Of a stretch of 64,000 nucleotides of DNA, positions 1-12,881 are shown one piece after another. How positions within the stretch are numbered: the first letter of the stretch is position 1; each line of letters begins with the position of its first letter. The stretch lies in assembly GCA_963665275.2 (NCBI GenBank), contig CAXXIN010000004.1, positions 97,387 through 161,386 of the forward strand, in the 5' to 3' direction. Under the pieces are notes generated by a model. The model was not told where the DNA came from. It ran no database searches and saw only the letters and a program-made list of their open reading frames with translations. The position numbers were made by a program, and so were the translations under genes. This DNA comes from Negativicutes bacterium (GTDB taxonomy: Bacteria > Bacillota > Negativicutes > UBA1444).

Positions 1-856
1 CCAGTCCATGACCGAAATTCGCGCCGAATCCAGCAGCGGTGATTATATCCCGTGCGGCTTTGTCAACATCCCGGCATAATGCGCCGGGACGAACGGCCGC
101 CAGACCCGCCAGTTGAGCCGACAATACGGTATCATATACTTCTCGGTGGCGCGATGAAGCCTTACCGAGGCATACCGTACGAGTAATGTCCGAATGATAT
201 CCTTCAACCACCGCGCCAAAATCGAATACTACGAAATCGCCTGGCGCCAGAACCCTTGCCGAAGCTCGCCCGTGAGGAAGCGCCGAGCGCGGTCCGCTGG
301 CCACGATGGTATCAAAAGCGGTACGCTCTGATCCCAGAAGGCGCATCTCATATTCAAGCGCAGCAGCGAGACCCTGTTCAGTGACTCCGGGGCAGATCAG
401 CGGCAGAAGCTTGGCATACGCCGCATCGGCTATCGCTGCGGCAGCGGCAATCTTTTCAATCTCGGTCGCAGTTTTCACGGACCGCAGACTATCCAGCTGA
501 ACTGGAATCCATTTTTCCGCAGGAATTTTCCCTGTCAGTCGACTAAACTCAGCAACTGTCATGACCTCATTTTCAAAGCCAATGCTACCCAGTCCCGACT
601 GCCTCAAAAATTCGATTGCCGCGTCCAAAGGATTGCCTGAACTGCAAACGGTTTCAAAGTCCGGGGCGGTTTGCGCCGCCTGTTCAACATAACGGAAATC
701 CACGAAGTTTTTTCGCTGCGTTGCCGTCAGAACAAGAACTCCGGCTGAACCTGCAAACCCGCTGAAATATCGTATATTAGTCCGATTGGAGATCAGGAGT
801 GCGTCTAGGTTTTGCTCCTGCATCCACGACTTCAGTTTACCATACTGCGCTATCAC
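1..856 (-). CDS. Xaa-Pro aminopeptidase (M24 family), N-terminal part, runs off the window
   Basis: GTG at 854-856 overlaps the aroQ stop. Hand translation gives MIAQYGKLKSWMQEQNLDALLISNRTNIRYFSGFAGSAG ... GFGANFGHGLG (M24 HGxGH region). aroQ-pepP adjacency is typical of Firmicutes. Confidence 0.88.
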   Translation of the reverse strand, partial: MIAQYGKLKSWMQEQNLDALLISNRTNIRYFSGFAGSAGVLVLTATQRKNFVDFRYVEQAAQTAPDFETVCSSGNPLDAAIEFLRQSGLGSIGFENEVMTVAEFSRLTGKIPAEKWIPVQLDSLRSVKTATEIEKIAAAAAIADAAYAKLLPLICPGVTEQGLAAALEYEMRLLGSERTAFDTIVASGPRSALPHGRASARVLAPGDFVVFDFGAVVEGYHSDITRTVCLGKASSRHREVYDTVLSAQLAGLAAVRPGALCRDVDKAARDIITAAGFGANFGHGL

Positions 857-1332
857 TCTAGTTTACGCTCCCGATTTCCCAAAATTCCGCAAGCAGCTTG
901 TAATGCCAATATATAGCCCTCTGCGCCGAACCCGGCAATTTGTCCGACTGTAACAGGAGCAGTGACCGAATGGTGGCGAAACTCTTCCCGACGATAGATA
1001 TTGGACAGATGAACTTCGATAGCCGGAACCGAGATCGCTGCGAGCGCATCCCTGACCGCTACGCTATAATGCGTGAAAGCTGCCGGATTGATAATGATGC
1101 AGCCGAAACGGCCTTCAGTCGCCTGAATCGCATCCACCATCACACCTTCGTGATTGGTCTGCAGGAATTCAATCCCTATCCCCAGCTCGACGGCTTTGTC
1201 TGACAACATGGCGTTCAAGTCACCAAGAGTCAGTTTGCCGTAAACGTCCGGTTCCCTTTGGCCTAACAAATTCAGGTTGGGACCGTGGATTACCAATACA
1301 TTATTAATGATAGTTATCAATCCTTCGTCCAA
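853..1332 (-). CDS. aroQ: Type II 3-dehydroquinate dehydratase
   Basis: Motifs HGPNLNLLGQREPDVYG, NPAAFTHYS, EVHLSNIYRREEFRH. True start may be a few codons downstream. Confidence 0.96.
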   Translation of the reverse strand: MDEGLITIINNVLVIHGPNLNLLGQREPDVYGKLTLGDLNAMLSDKAVELGIGIEFLQTNHEGVMVDAIQATEGRFGCIIINPAAFTHYSVAVRDALAAISVPAIEVHLSNIYRREEFRHHSVTAPVTVGQIAGFGAEGYILALQAACGILGNRERKLE

Positions 1333-1410
1333 CTGTTTTCGATTTTATAATTTTATCACAAAAGCGCATGATTTGGCTACTCACCAGACCTATTGCTGCC
1401 AGAAAATCCC

Positions 1411-2631
1411 TCAGGTGCGCCTGAGACGGCGCAGCATCGAATACTCGTCGACGGGTTCGTCCAGACGCATCCACAGCAGCTGTTGTGGATGCGGGGCGCA
1501 TTGCAGCGGGATACCCGCCTGATCAGTCATATATTCGAGTTTCTGACGATAGACTGACCCGGTGGGCCTGAGGATTTCCAGAGTATCGCCGCACTGCATA
1601 TGATTGCGCTGCTCCACCAGAGCTAGCTTTTCCCGTTCATTCCAGCCCCTGACCAGTCCAGCGTATTCCCAGTCCGGCAGTACCCGGACTGTATCATACT
1701 CCTGTGTGTCGCCATCCGGTGATCCGTCGAAAAATCCGGTAGTGTAACCCCTGCTCGCGATTTTGTCGAGTTCAGGCCGCCAACCCTCCGGCAAAATAAA
1801 TCCCTCGGCGCTGCCGAGCGAATCGAGCGCTTCCCGATACACCCGGATTACTGTGGCCAGGTAATGGACACTTTTCATCCGTCCCTCGATTTTGAAACTC
1901 TCGACACCGGCAGCCGATAGCGCCGGCAGCTGCTCCAGAAGACAGAGGTCGCGGGAATTCAAGATATACGTGCCCCGCTCATCTTCCTCGATCGGAAAAT
2001 ATTCTCCCGGCCGCTTCTCTTCCACCAGTGCATAGCGCCAACGGCAAGGTTGGGCGCATTCTCCGCGGTTTGCTTCCCGACCTGTCATATACGCGCTCAT
2101 CAGGCATCGACCCGAGTATGACACACACATGGCTCCATGGACAAAGCACTCCAGTTCCAATGAGGTTTTGGCCCTGATCTCCCGGATTTCCTGCAGCGAC
2201 AGCTCACGCGCCAAGACGACCCGTTCGGCTCCCTGCTCCTGCCAGAACAGCGCAGACTGCCAATTCGTCGTATTAGCCTGCGTACTGATATGGACAGGCA
2301 TCGCCGGGATCACTTCCCTCGCCGTGCGAAACACGCCGGGATCCGCCACCAGGATGGCATCGCAGCCGACCTCGCCAAGCAGTTTCAGATAAGCGGGCAG
2401 CGCTTCCATATCGGCATTGTGAGGAAACATATTCACCGTCACATAAACTTTACGCCCCCGTTCGTGCGCGTAACGGCAAGCTTCATGCAGTTCTTCCGGC
2501 GAAAAGTTTTCCGAAAAAGCCCGCAAGCCAAAATTTTTGCCGCCTAAATAGACGGCATCAGCTCCATAGGCCAGTGCTATTTTCAACCGTTCCATGTCGC
2601 CCGCAGGCGCCAATAACTCTGGCAATTTCAA
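1411..2631 (-). CDS. Peptidase U32 family protein (TrhP/YegQ-like tRNA hydroxylation protein)
   Basis: PELLAPAG, FVHGAMCVSYSGRCLMS, NRGECAQPCRW, KIEGRMKS motifs; downstream of mltG as in B. subtilis. Confidence 0.9.
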   Translation of the reverse strand: MKLPELLAPAGDMERLKIALAYGADAVYLGGKNFGLRAFSENFSPEELHEACRYAHERGRKVYVTVNMFPHNADMEALPAYLKLLGEVGCDAILVADPGVFRTAREVIPAMPVHISTQANTTNWQSALFWQEQGAERVVLARELSLQEIREIRAKTSLELECFVHGAMCVSYSGRCLMSAYMTGREANRGECAQPCRWRYALVEEKRPGEYFPIEEDERGTYILNSRDLCLLEQLPALSAAGVESFKIEGRMKSVHYLATVIRVYREALDSLGSAEGFILPEGWRPELDKIASRGYTTGFFDGSPDGDTQEYDTVRVLPDWEYAGLVRGWNEREKLALVEQRNHMQCGDTLEILRPTGSVYRQKLEYMTDQAGIPLQCAPHPQQLLWMRLDEPVDEYSMLRRLRRT

Positions 2632-2640
2632 TTAAATTCC

Positions 2641-3711
2641 TCATTTCCCAATTTGTCCGATCGCCGCTTCATGCTCAGCCAACGTCCGGCTGAAACGGTG
2701 TCCGCCAGTTTTGCCGTCCACCACAAAATAGAGCCAATCTCCCTGCGCCGGATTCAAAGCCGCCTGAATGGAGGGAAGACCCGGATTAGCTACCGGACCG
2801 GGCGGCATCCCCTGATTCAGATATGAATTATACGGGGAAGGAATCTGCGTGTCGGCAATCGTCAGTTCTTCTTTCGCATAGCCCAGTATATACTGGATCG
2901 TTGCACAAGATTGCAACGGCATTTCCAATTGGATTCGATTCAAAAAAACCCGGGCGACCATGGGCCGTTCCTTGGCCAACTGTACTTCCCGTTCGATCAG
3001 CGATGCCAGAACAATCACTTCATACGGGGACATTCCGACTCTGCGAGCCTTTTCCTGCATTTCCGGCGTGAATTGTTTTGCGAACTGCCCAGCCATGGTT
3101 TGCAGGATCTCTTCTTCGCTGGCCCCTTTGTTGATCCGATAAGTGTCGGGGAACAAGAATCCCTCGGCCCGATACTTCACCTCTGGGCGAGATGGCTCCT
3201 TGTCAAAAGGAGCATAGGTTTTGGCCAGTTCCAAAAACCGATCCTTGCGGGCCAGGCCTTTTTCTTCCAGCAGGGAAGCGATCTGCTCCACCGTAAATCC
3301 TTCGGGAACGGTGAACTGGGCATAGACGGTTTTACCTGTCGCCATGATTTCGATCATCTGGCTGACATCCATATTTCGTGACAACGAATACTCGCCGGCC
3401 TGCAGCGATTTATCCAGACCAGCGCGTTTTGCCGCGATCAGAAATGCATTTTTGTCGCGAATCAAGCTGCGTTCCGTCAAAACTTCAGCAATATCACCCG
3501 TCGTCATACCGGGTTTCACTTTTACAACAATCGGTTTCGTATCCCTGGATTCAACAGAAACCAGCTGGCTGGAATACCAGTAAGAACCGGCCGCCGCCGC
3601 GACGAGTACCACGATAGCCCCGATTATCAGTAGAAGACGCAGACTTCCGGACCCTTTGGAGTCCCAGGGCAAAGCCGCCCCAAAGAAAAAAAGAAGCCGG
3701 TTAGGCTTCAT
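2641..3711 (-). CDS. mltG: Endolytic transglycosylase MltG
   Basis: N-terminal TM helix, LQAGEY, TVPEG, EGFLFPDTY, LASLIERE, SPYNSY..GMPPGPVANPG. Confidence 0.94.
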   Translation of the reverse strand: MKPNRLLFFFGAALPWDSKGSGSLRLLLIIGAIVVLVAAAAGSYWYSSQLVSVESRDTKPIVVKVKPGMTTGDIAEVLTERSLIRDKNAFLIAAKRAGLDKSLQAGEYSLSRNMDVSQMIEIMATGKTVYAQFTVPEGFTVEQIASLLEEKGLARKDRFLELAKTYAPFDKEPSRPEVKYRAEGFLFPDTYRINKGASEEEILQTMAGQFAKQFTPEMQEKARRVGMSPYEVIVLASLIEREVQLAKERPMVARVFLNRIQLEMPLQSCATIQYILGYAKEELTIADTQIPSPYNSYLNQGMPPGPVANPGLPSIQAALNPAQGDWLYFVVDGKTGGHRFSRTLAEHEAAIGQIGK

Positions 3712-4054
3712 AAGGTTCGGAATCCATCAGCTTCTCGTAAGCCTCACATACTTTATCGTATTCTGGATCCTCAGGATCTATGAAGACGAAGGATTGTTCG
3801 CCGTCAGCCATTATTTCAATCCTGGCGATTTCTACTTCGCACTCATCATCGCAGCCACATGATTCATCTTCACAGCCGCAACCCTCTTCTTCACCTTCGA
3901 GCTCTTCTTCATCGCCGATGTAGACCAGAATCGCATATTTTTTCTCCCCAATATCAATGTACCGGTGGACATAATATTCGTTTCCTTCATCATCCGTAAA
4001 GATTTCGACCTCTTCGGCCTCGTCGTGTTCAAAATCAGACATACTACACCTCAC
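3701..4054 (-). CDS. DUF1292 family acidic protein
   Basis: Very acidic small protein (TDDEGNE, KKYAIL, EYDKVCEAY) in the conserved ruvX-DUF1292-mltG position. Confidence 0.8.
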   Translation of the reverse strand: MRCSMSDFEHDEAEEVEIFTDDEGNEYYVHRYIDIGEKKYAILVYIGDEEELEGEEEGCGCEDESCGCDDECEVEIARIEIMADGEQSFVFIDPEDPEYDKVCEAYEKLMDSEPYEA

Positions 4055-4108
4055 AAAAATAATGTGATTTAATGGTATCCTATAACTCCTACGGTGTCAA
4101 TGCCGGGA

Positions 4109-4552
4109 TCAATCTCCCTGCTGAATGAGCTTTCGTTTGCGGGCGATAAAATCCATGTAACCCTGTAGAATCAGTACCGCTGCCACTTTATCCACCACTT
4201 GCCGCCGTCGGTTGCGGCTCATATCCGCATCGACCAGCATCCGCTGGGCAGCGGTAGTAGTCAGCCGCTCGTCCCAATAATCCACAGAAATCCCAGGATG
4301 GTTCACGGTAAGCCGGGTCCCGAATTCACGCACCTTGTCCGCCATGGGCCCCTGACTGCCGTTCATATTTCGCGGCAAGCCGAGCAGAAGATGGGTCACG
4401 CCATGTTCCTTCACCAGCTCGCCGATCTGAACGAGATCCTTTTCGACTCCTTTGCTGTTCACGACACACAGCCCCTGCGCAGTCAAGAGCAATTCATCAC
4501 TCAGGGCTACTCCGATCCGCGCTTCGCCCATATCCAATGCCATGATGCGCAT
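4109..4552 (-). CDS. ruvX: YqgF/RuvX family pre-16S rRNA nuclease
   Basis: MRIMALDMGEARIGVALSD, GLPRNMNGS, WDERLTT, VDKVAAVLILQ. Confidence 0.95.
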   Translation of the reverse strand: MRIMALDMGEARIGVALSDELLLTAQGLCVVNSKGVEKDLVQIGELVKEHGVTHLLLGLPRNMNGSQGPMADKVREFGTRLTVNHPGISVDYWDERLTTTAAQRMLVDADMSRNRRRQVVDKVAAVLILQGYMDFIARKRKLIQQGD

Positions 4553-4563
4553 CGGCAACGTTC

Positions 4564-4899
4564 CTAACAACGGTCCTTCAAATAATAACGTACCAGTTCT
4601 TCCAGCAACTCGTCCCTCTCAATGCGGCGAATTTGGCTGCGAGCTTCCTTGTAGTTGGTGATATACGTCGGATCTCCCGATAATAAATATCCGACAAGCT
4701 GATTGATGGGATTATAGCCTTTTTCTTTCATCGCTGCATAGGCAGCATCCAAGATTTTACCAGCTTCGGTCTTTTCCTTCTCCACAACAAACTTCATGGT
4801 TTCGTCAAAAGTTTCACCCGAAGCAGTAGTACAGGGAATTTCGTCGACTTCCAGCGGTTTGTGAATCGTTTCATCGGCTGAAAAGCTCATCCCAGTCAT
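4564..4899 (-). CDS. IreB/ReoM family regulatory phosphoprotein (UPF0297)
   Basis: [23 protein letters not shown] and [13 protein letters not shown]; conserved position after alaS. Confidence 0.93.
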   Translation of the reverse strand: MTGMSFSADETIHKPLEVDEIPCTTASGETFDETMKFVVEKEKTEAGKILDAAYAAMKEKGYNPINQLVGYLLSGDPTYITNYKEARSQIRRIERDELLEELVRYYLKDRC

Positions 4900-4981
4900 C
4901 TCCCATCATGAATCACTATCAATAGATATAAAGATAGTATTCGACTTTCAGGAACCATTTCCTGCCGTCTGAACTATTTCT

Positions 4982-7591
4982 CTATTTCACTTGTTTTTCC
5001 AAAATCCCGTTCACGAGCGCCAACGCAGTTTCCAGCTTTTCCGGATTTTTGCCGCCAGCCTGCGCCATTTCCGGTCGTCCGCCGCCGCCACCACCAGCAG
5101 CAGCCGAGACTTCACGGACGATATTTCCAGCGTGAACGCCGCGCGCTACCGCATCTTTTCCAGCCATTGCAACGAAATTCACTTTGTCGCCGACAACGGC
5201 GCCCAGAACAACAACGCCTGCCGTCAGACCATCCCGGATCCGGTCGGCGATCGAACGCAACTCGTCCATATCCGGTGCATTCACTTTGGCTGCAACATAT
5301 TGCACGCCCTTCACTTCTTTGATTTGCTGCAACAGCTCCTGTACGATCCCTTGAGAAAGCTTCATTTGCAATGCCGAAAGCTCTTTTTCCAGTTCACGCA
5401 CATGACCGAGGGATTGCTCCAGGCGGACAACTAATTCTTCAGGCCGGGTCTTCAAAAGCTGAGCCGCATTTTCCAAAACAGCTTCCCGCTGATTGAAGTA
5501 CTCCAGCGCAGCCAGACCGGTTACTGCTTCAATACGGCGCAGCCCCGAGCCCACACTGGACTCGGCAACAATCTTGAACTGACCGATTTCGCCGGTTGAA
5601 CCAACATGGGTTCCACCGCACAGTTCTTTGGATATATCACCTACAACAACAACCCGGACTTTGTCGCCGTACTTCTCGCCGAACAGCGCCATGGCGCCCA
5701 TTTGCTTCGCCATTTCCTGGGTAGTTTCGATCGTGCCGATGTTGGTATCAGTCAGGATCGCTTTGTTGACGGCTAACTCCACTGCCGTGATTTCCGCCGG
5801 CGTCATCGCCGTGAAATGGGAAAAGTCGAATCGCAGTCGATCAGGGCCAACATAGGATCCAGCCTGGTTCACATGGGTCCCCAGAATCTCACGTAGCGCC
5901 GCCTGCAACAGATGGGTCGCGCTATGATTACGGGCACTGGCCGAACGGCGGACCTGATCCAGTTCAATATTTACACTGTCGCCCTGTTTGAGGAATCCTT
6001 CCGTAACATGGCCCAGATGATAGACCGTCCCATCAGGCAATTTGCGTGCTGCTGTGACTTCCACTTTTCCCAGGGGGCCTGTTAGGACGCCTACATCGCC
6101 GACCTGTCCGCCGCCTTCCGCATAAAAGGGAGTAACATCGAGAACCACGGCGACTTCTTCCCCATCACGTGATTCTTCAACAATGCGTCCTTCACGGAAC
6201 AGGCACACCACTCTGCCGCTGCTCGCCGAGGAATCCACACGAAGCTGGTCGGTTCCAAAACTCGACAGGTCAGGAATCACCACTGCCGCTGCAGCTTCCT
6301 GACGGGCGGAACGCGCACGTTCCCGTTGTTCCTTCATCGCCTGGTCGAATCCGGCTTTGTCCAGTTGCAATCCTTGTTCAGACAATATTTCATCGGTAAG
6401 CTCCCAAGGGAACCCAAAAGTATCATATAGTTTAAAGGTGACCGCTCCATCGAGAACTTTGCCGCCGTCCGCAATGAGGGTTTCGATCTGCTGGTTCAGC
6501 AGTTCTGTTCCCTGGGCCAGCGTTTCACCGAAACGTGCTTCTTCCAGTTGGAATATCTTCTTGATGTACTCTCGCTTCTCACCAATATCCGGGTAAGGCT
6601 GACGGAAAATCTCCGCCACCACATCCACGGTATCACCCAAAAAGGCTTTTTCAATTCCGAGCAGGCGTCCATGCCGGACGGCGCGGCGCAGCAAACGGCG
6701 GAGGACATAGCCCCGTCCTTCATTGGACGGTAAAATCCCATCCGATATCATCACGGTAACGCTGCGCGCATGATCGGCAATGACTTTCAGCGAAACATCG
6801 GTCCGGGCGTCCTTGCCATATTCGACGCCTGCCACTTTCATCGCATGCTCAATGATGGGAAACAGCAAATCCGTTTCAAAATTTGACTTCTTGTTCTGCA
6901 ACACCGAAGCGATTCGCTCCAGCCCCGCCCCGGTATCGATATTTTTTTTGGCCAGCGGGGAATACTTGCCGGCATCATCCCTGTCAAACTGAGTAAAGAC
7001 CAGGTTCCAGATTTCGAGGTAGCGGTCGCAGTTGCAACCAACCGCGCAATCAGGTTTGCCGCATCCGCGCTCCTCGCCCAGGTCCACATATATTTCCGAA
7101 CAGGGACCGCAGGGGCCCGTGCCAATTTCCCAGAAATTATCTTCCATCCGGATAATCCGCTCCGGCGGCAGACCGATGTCCTTGTTCCAGATTTCAAATG
7201 CTTCGTCATCGTCGGTGTAAATAGTAATCCAAAGTTTATCCGGCGCTAGTCCCAATTCTTTGGTCACGAATTCCCAGGCCCAGGCAATGGCTTCCTTCTT
7301 AAAATAATCCCCGAACGAAAAATTACCCAACATTTCAAAGAAAGTGTGATGACGCGCCGTTCGGCCGACATTTTCAATATCCCCCGTACGAATGCAGCGT
7401 TGTGAAGTCACGATCCGCAAATGGGGCGGTTTCATTTTTCCAGTAAAAAAAGGCTTGAACGGAGCCATACCGGCGCCAATCAAAAGCAAACTCGGGTCAT
7501 TATCAGGAACAAGCGGCGCGCTGGGCAGAATCAGATGGTCCTTGCCAGCAAAAAATTGCAGATATTTTTGTCTCAGTTCATTTCCGGTCAT
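4982..7591 (-). CDS. alaS: Alanine--tRNA ligase
   Basis: RHHTFFEMLGNFSFGDYFK, IDTGAGLER, NHSATHLL, ELCGGTH, GGGGGGRPEMAQAGG. Confidence 0.99.
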   Translation of the reverse strand: MTGNELRQKYLQFFAGKDHLILPSAPLVPDNDPSLLLIGAGMAPFKPFFTGKMKPPHLRIVTSQRCIRTGDIENVGRTARHHTFFEMLGNFSFGDYFKKEAIAWAWEFVTKELGLAPDKLWITIYTDDDEAFEIWNKDIGLPPERIIRMEDNFWEIGTGPCGPCSEIYVDLGEERGCGKPDCAVGCNCDRYLEIWNLVFTQFDRDDAGKYSPLAKKNIDTGAGLERIASVLQNKKSNFETDLLFPIIEHAMKVAGVEYGKDARTDVSLKVIADHARSVTVMISDGILPSNEGRGYVLRRLLRRAVRHGRLLGIEKAFLGDTVDVVAEIFRQPYPDIGEKREYIKKIFQLEEARFGETLAQGTELLNQQIETLIADGGKVLDGAVTFKLYDTFGFPWELTDEILSEQGLQLDKAGFDQAMKEQRERARSARQEAAAAVVIPDLSSFGTDQLRVDSSASSGRVVCLFREGRIVEESRDGEEVAVVLDVTPFYAEGGGQVGDVGVLTGPLGKVEVTAARKLPDGTVYHLGHVTEGFLKQGDSVNIELDQVRRSASARNHSATHLLQAALREILGTHVNQAGSYVGPDRLRFDFSHFTAMTPAEITAVELAVNKAILTDTNIGTIETTQEMAKQMGAMALFGEKYGDKVRVVVVGDISKELCGGTHVGSTGEIGQFKIVAESSVGSGLRRIEAVTGLAALEYFNQREAVLENAAQLLKTRPEELVVRLEQSLGHVRELEKELSALQMKLSQGIVQELLQQIKEVKGVQYVAAKVNAPDMDELRSIADRIRDGLTAGVVVLGAVVGDKVNFVAMAGKDAVARGVHAGNIVREVSAAAGGGGGGRPEMAQAGGKNPEKLETALALVNGILEKQVK

Positions 7592-7632
7592 GCTATAACC
7601 TCCAATTGGCTAATAGAGCGCATTCTCAACGA

Positions 7633-7662
7633 ATTATACACAATTTTAAGAACCCTTGTCAA
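7633..7662 (-). promoter_or_regulatory. Consensus sigma70/SigA promoter for alaS
   Basis: Minus strand TTGACA-N18-TATAAT about 40 nt upstream of the alaS ATG. Confidence 0.75.
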
Positions 7663-7754
7663 TTTATCAACCGCAACGAATTCCATCATTTTAAGCGCTT
7701 GCATCAGGGGTATTGCCGCCACATGTCACGTGCGAAAGTTGAAGACGATGTTGT

Positions 7755-7801
7755 ACGAAATGGTACGACCCCCTCTTAAAAAGGAGGTCGTACCATTTCG
7801 T
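7755..7801. terminator. Hairpin downstream of katG
   Basis: 16-bp perfect inverted repeat ACGAAATGGTACGACC / GGTCGTACCATTTCGT. Confidence 0.6.
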
Positions 7802-7878
7802 TCGATTGACCACTCTTTTAAGCAAAACACCTAAATCATTTAAATGAATATCAAAAACAGAGTCGTTCCGGATAGCCT

Positions 7879-10134
<2,256 letters not shown>

Positions 10135-10229
10135 CTATTCACTCAATTCTCGAATGTCAATTGCAGAAAGCAGATTATGTTTCTGGGTGATCTCGGCCGA
10201 AAAAGCGGGGCTTGCATCAACAAATCACA

Positions 10230-11834
10230 TCATTCCGCTTCAAACACCTTGTTTCGCCCTTCTCTTTTGGCACGGTACAGCGCATTATCGGCGCGAACCA
10301 TCAGTTCGGACAGCGACTCAGCAGTCGCACGATATTGCGCCACCCCAACACTCACACGCAGCGGGATTCGCCTTCCGTCATCGTTAACGAAGGGGTTGTC
10401 GTAAATACTCTGACGCAATCGTTCGGCAACGCTCACCGCTTCGGCAGCGCCAAGTTCCAGCAACAGTATCGCGAACTCCTCTCCACCGAAACGACCGAAC
10501 AGATCAGTGTCACGGATGACTTCACTGCATAGGCGGGTAATCCACTGTAGCACGGAATCGCCCACGGCATGACCATAATTATCATTCACCTGTTTAAAAT
10601 GATCGACATCGACCATCAGCAGGGAGCAACATCCGCCATAACGTTGAATCCTTTGCAACTCTTCATTGGCCCGCGTCCAGAAATAACCTCGGTTGAAAAT
10701 ACCAGTTAGTCCATCGGTGGTAGCCTGCATTTGCAGTTTCTGCTCCAACAATTTTCTCTCAGTGATATCGCGCGTGACGCCGTGCAAACCGACCAAATTG
10801 CCATGGATATCATGGTGGGGCTCCACATTGATTTCCACCCAGACCCAGCTGCCATCTTTGCAACTTAGCTCTAATTCGTATCGAATTGTGCCTGTTTTTT
10901 TACCCGTTTGCTCTTCTGCCAGCCGCTCGGCGTTTTTCTGTTTGACATGCTCAATACCTTCAGGTTTTAAATGACTCCAAATAGTCGTACCGAGCACTTC
11001 GTCTATCCGGTGTCCGGTCAGTCGTTCATCGGCCGGACTGATATAATCAAATCGGAAATCACCGTCAAGGTGCCAGATGACGTCGCTGGCATTGTCCGTC
11101 ATATTACGGAATTTTTCCTCACTCTCGCGCAGTCTGTCGAGGGCCCTTTTTCGTTCAATCGCCATAGCAACTTGCGCCGCAATGATCGATAACACCTCAA
11201 CATCTCCATGCTGGATTCGTTGCTTCTCGCTCGTCAAAATCAGCCCCAGCGTACCAAACGGTTTTCTGTGTGAGTCGAACAATGGAGCGCCCAAGTAGTG
11301 GCTGACCTGTCCCCTCCCCAATGTATACTCGACAGTTTCAAGCAATCGCTCCATCTCTGTTGGTGTTACGTGAACTGCCTGTCCCAACTGCATCACATAC
11401 TCGGTAATGCCTTTGCCGACTGGCCGGCGATCTGGCATGAACTTGGCTTCATCGGCGCGATAGGCGATCACAATTTCATTGGCCGCTTCATCCAGCAGAC
11501 TAATGTGGAACAGGGTTGCCGGTAATATGCGGCCGATGATCCGATGCACCATTCGATACAGTTCCTCTGCCGATACGGTTGAAATCGCCGCCTCGGCAAT
11601 TTCGCACAAGACGCTCTGAACATCGGCACTGCGGCGCAAGGCGGCCTCTATTTCATACTGTTTGCGCAGTTGCCACCAAAACGCCAAAAACAGGCATCCA
11701 ATAACGATCGGAATTCCCCACTGTGATTGGTTTCCAGCCAACACAAAAGAAAGGGCGCATAATAAGGCGCCCACGCTAAGGAGAACTATGGATAGTATCC
11801 AGAACATTCTTGCCGACTTGAATTTTTGCACCAA
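10230..11834 (-). CDS. Membrane-anchored GAF-PAS diguanylate cyclase
   Basis: Two N-terminal TM helices, a GAF domain, a PAS/PAC domain (KDGSWVWV..TRDITERK), DGLTGIFNR, RDTD I-site and GGEEF. Confidence 0.92.
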   Translation of the reverse strand: MVQKFKSARMFWILSIVLLSVGALLCALSFVLAGNQSQWGIPIVIGCLFLAFWWQLRKQYEIEAALRRSADVQSVLCEIAEAAISTVSAEELYRMVHRIIGRILPATLFHISLLDEAANEIVIAYRADEAKFMPDRRPVGKGITEYVMQLGQAVHVTPTEMERLLETVEYTLGRGQVSHYLGAPLFDSHRKPFGTLGLILTSEKQRIQHGDVEVLSIIAAQVAMAIERKRALDRLRESEEKFRNMTDNASDVIWHLDGDFRFDYISPADERLTGHRIDEVLGTTIWSHLKPEGIEHVKQKNAERLAEEQTGKKTGTIRYELELSCKDGSWVWVEINVEPHHDIHGNLVGLHGVTRDITERKLLEQKLQMQATTDGLTGIFNRGYFWTRANEELQRIQRYGGCCSLLMVDVDHFKQVNDNYGHAVGDSVLQWITRLCSEVIRDTDLFGRFGGEEFAILLLELGAAEAVSVAERLRQSIYDNPFVNDDGRRIPLRVSVGVAQYRATAESLSELMVRADNALYRAKREGRNKVFEAE

Positions 11835-12052
11835 AATCCCTGCTCTTCTATCAAATATGCTAATAGATGTTATTCTCTACAAGTTTTTCAAATTCCTTTC
11901 TATTATATATTTGCCTTCTGTTGAGCAGGGTGTCAGCGGTTAAGTGAAACTGCATAATAACGGCGACTATAAAAATAATTATTCGGTGGGAACGCAACAT
12001 TGACCGTTTTTATTTGCAATGGGTTATTGCTCTTTGTGGTTCCAAATTGTCC

Positions 12053-12862
12053 CTAAATCGCCGTCAGGTTCCCGCTTCGCCTTTGTCGCGCCACATTCAC
12101 GAAATATGCATCCAACGCTTCGCCATATTCCGGCAGAAACCCCATTTTCGCGCCGCTCTTGTCGTCTTCTGTCAGGATGATGATGCGTTCGTTGGCTGCT
12201 AGTCCCTTCAAAATGCCTTGCGCCGATTCTTTGGGTGTGATAGCACTGGCCGGGGCTCCGCCCGCCTTATCCCAGAGGGGGGTAGCGACGGTACCGGGAA
12301 TAACGGTGGAAAGACGGATATTATCGTCCCACAGTTCGCTGCGCAGCGAGCTGGTAAAGGCCAGAAGCGCCGCTTTTGTAGCGCTGTACATGGTTTGGTT
12401 AGGCATCGGCGAGAACGCGATGCCCGATGCGGTGTTGGCGATGTGGCCGCCCCCCTGAGCGCGCATGATCGGCAGCACCGCACGAACCCCGTACAGAGCG
12501 CCATAAAAGTTGACGTCAAAAGCAAACTTCCAGCCTGCATCGGTGGTGTCATCGAAGGGCTTCGCCAGTCCCAGACCCGCGTTGTTGAAAAGAAGGTCGA
12601 CATGCCCTGACCCGAACTCCGTTGCCTTTTGGATCAGGGAGAAGACGCTCTCTTTGCTGGTGATGTCGGTATGGACGCCCAGCACTTTTCCCGGATAGGC
12701 GCCTTCGAGCCGGGCACATTCCGCCTTTAACTTGTCGTTGTTGAGGTCAGCCAGAACCACAGCCTTCGCCTCAAGGGAGAGCATTTCTTCGCAAAGTGCA
12801 AGGCCTATGCCCGATGCTCCGCCCGTGACAACAGCAACTTTGTTTTCAAAATACGCTTTCAT
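12053..12862 (-). CDS. Short-chain dehydrogenase/reductase
   Basis: TGGASGIG, NNAG, YSATK; GGAGG RBS before MKAYF. Confidence 0.92.
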   Translation of the reverse strand: MKAYFENKVAVVTGGASGIGLALCEEMLSLEAKAVVLADLNNDKLKAECARLEGAYPGKVLGVHTDITSKESVFSLIQKATEFGSGHVDLLFNNAGLGLAKPFDDTTDAGWKFAFDVNFYGALYGVRAVLPIMRAQGGGHIANTASGIAFSPMPNQTMYSATKAALLAFTSSLRSELWDDNIRLSTVIPGTVATPLWDKAGGAPASAITPKESAQGILKGLAANERIIILTEDDKSGAKMGFLPEYGEALDAYFVNVARQRRSGNLTAI

Positions 12863-12881
12863 GTCATACGCCTCCTTCGTT

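Noticed and set aside
853-2631. Functional link between the U32 protein (prephenate-dependent) and aroQ
   Set aside because: Each belongs to a separately conserved gene string (mltG-U32 and aroQ-pepP), so adjacency alone is weak evidence.
7592-7690. T-box riboswitch before alaS
   Set aside because: A consensus promoter lies only about 40 nt upstream of the ATG, leaving no room, and no T-box motif was seen.
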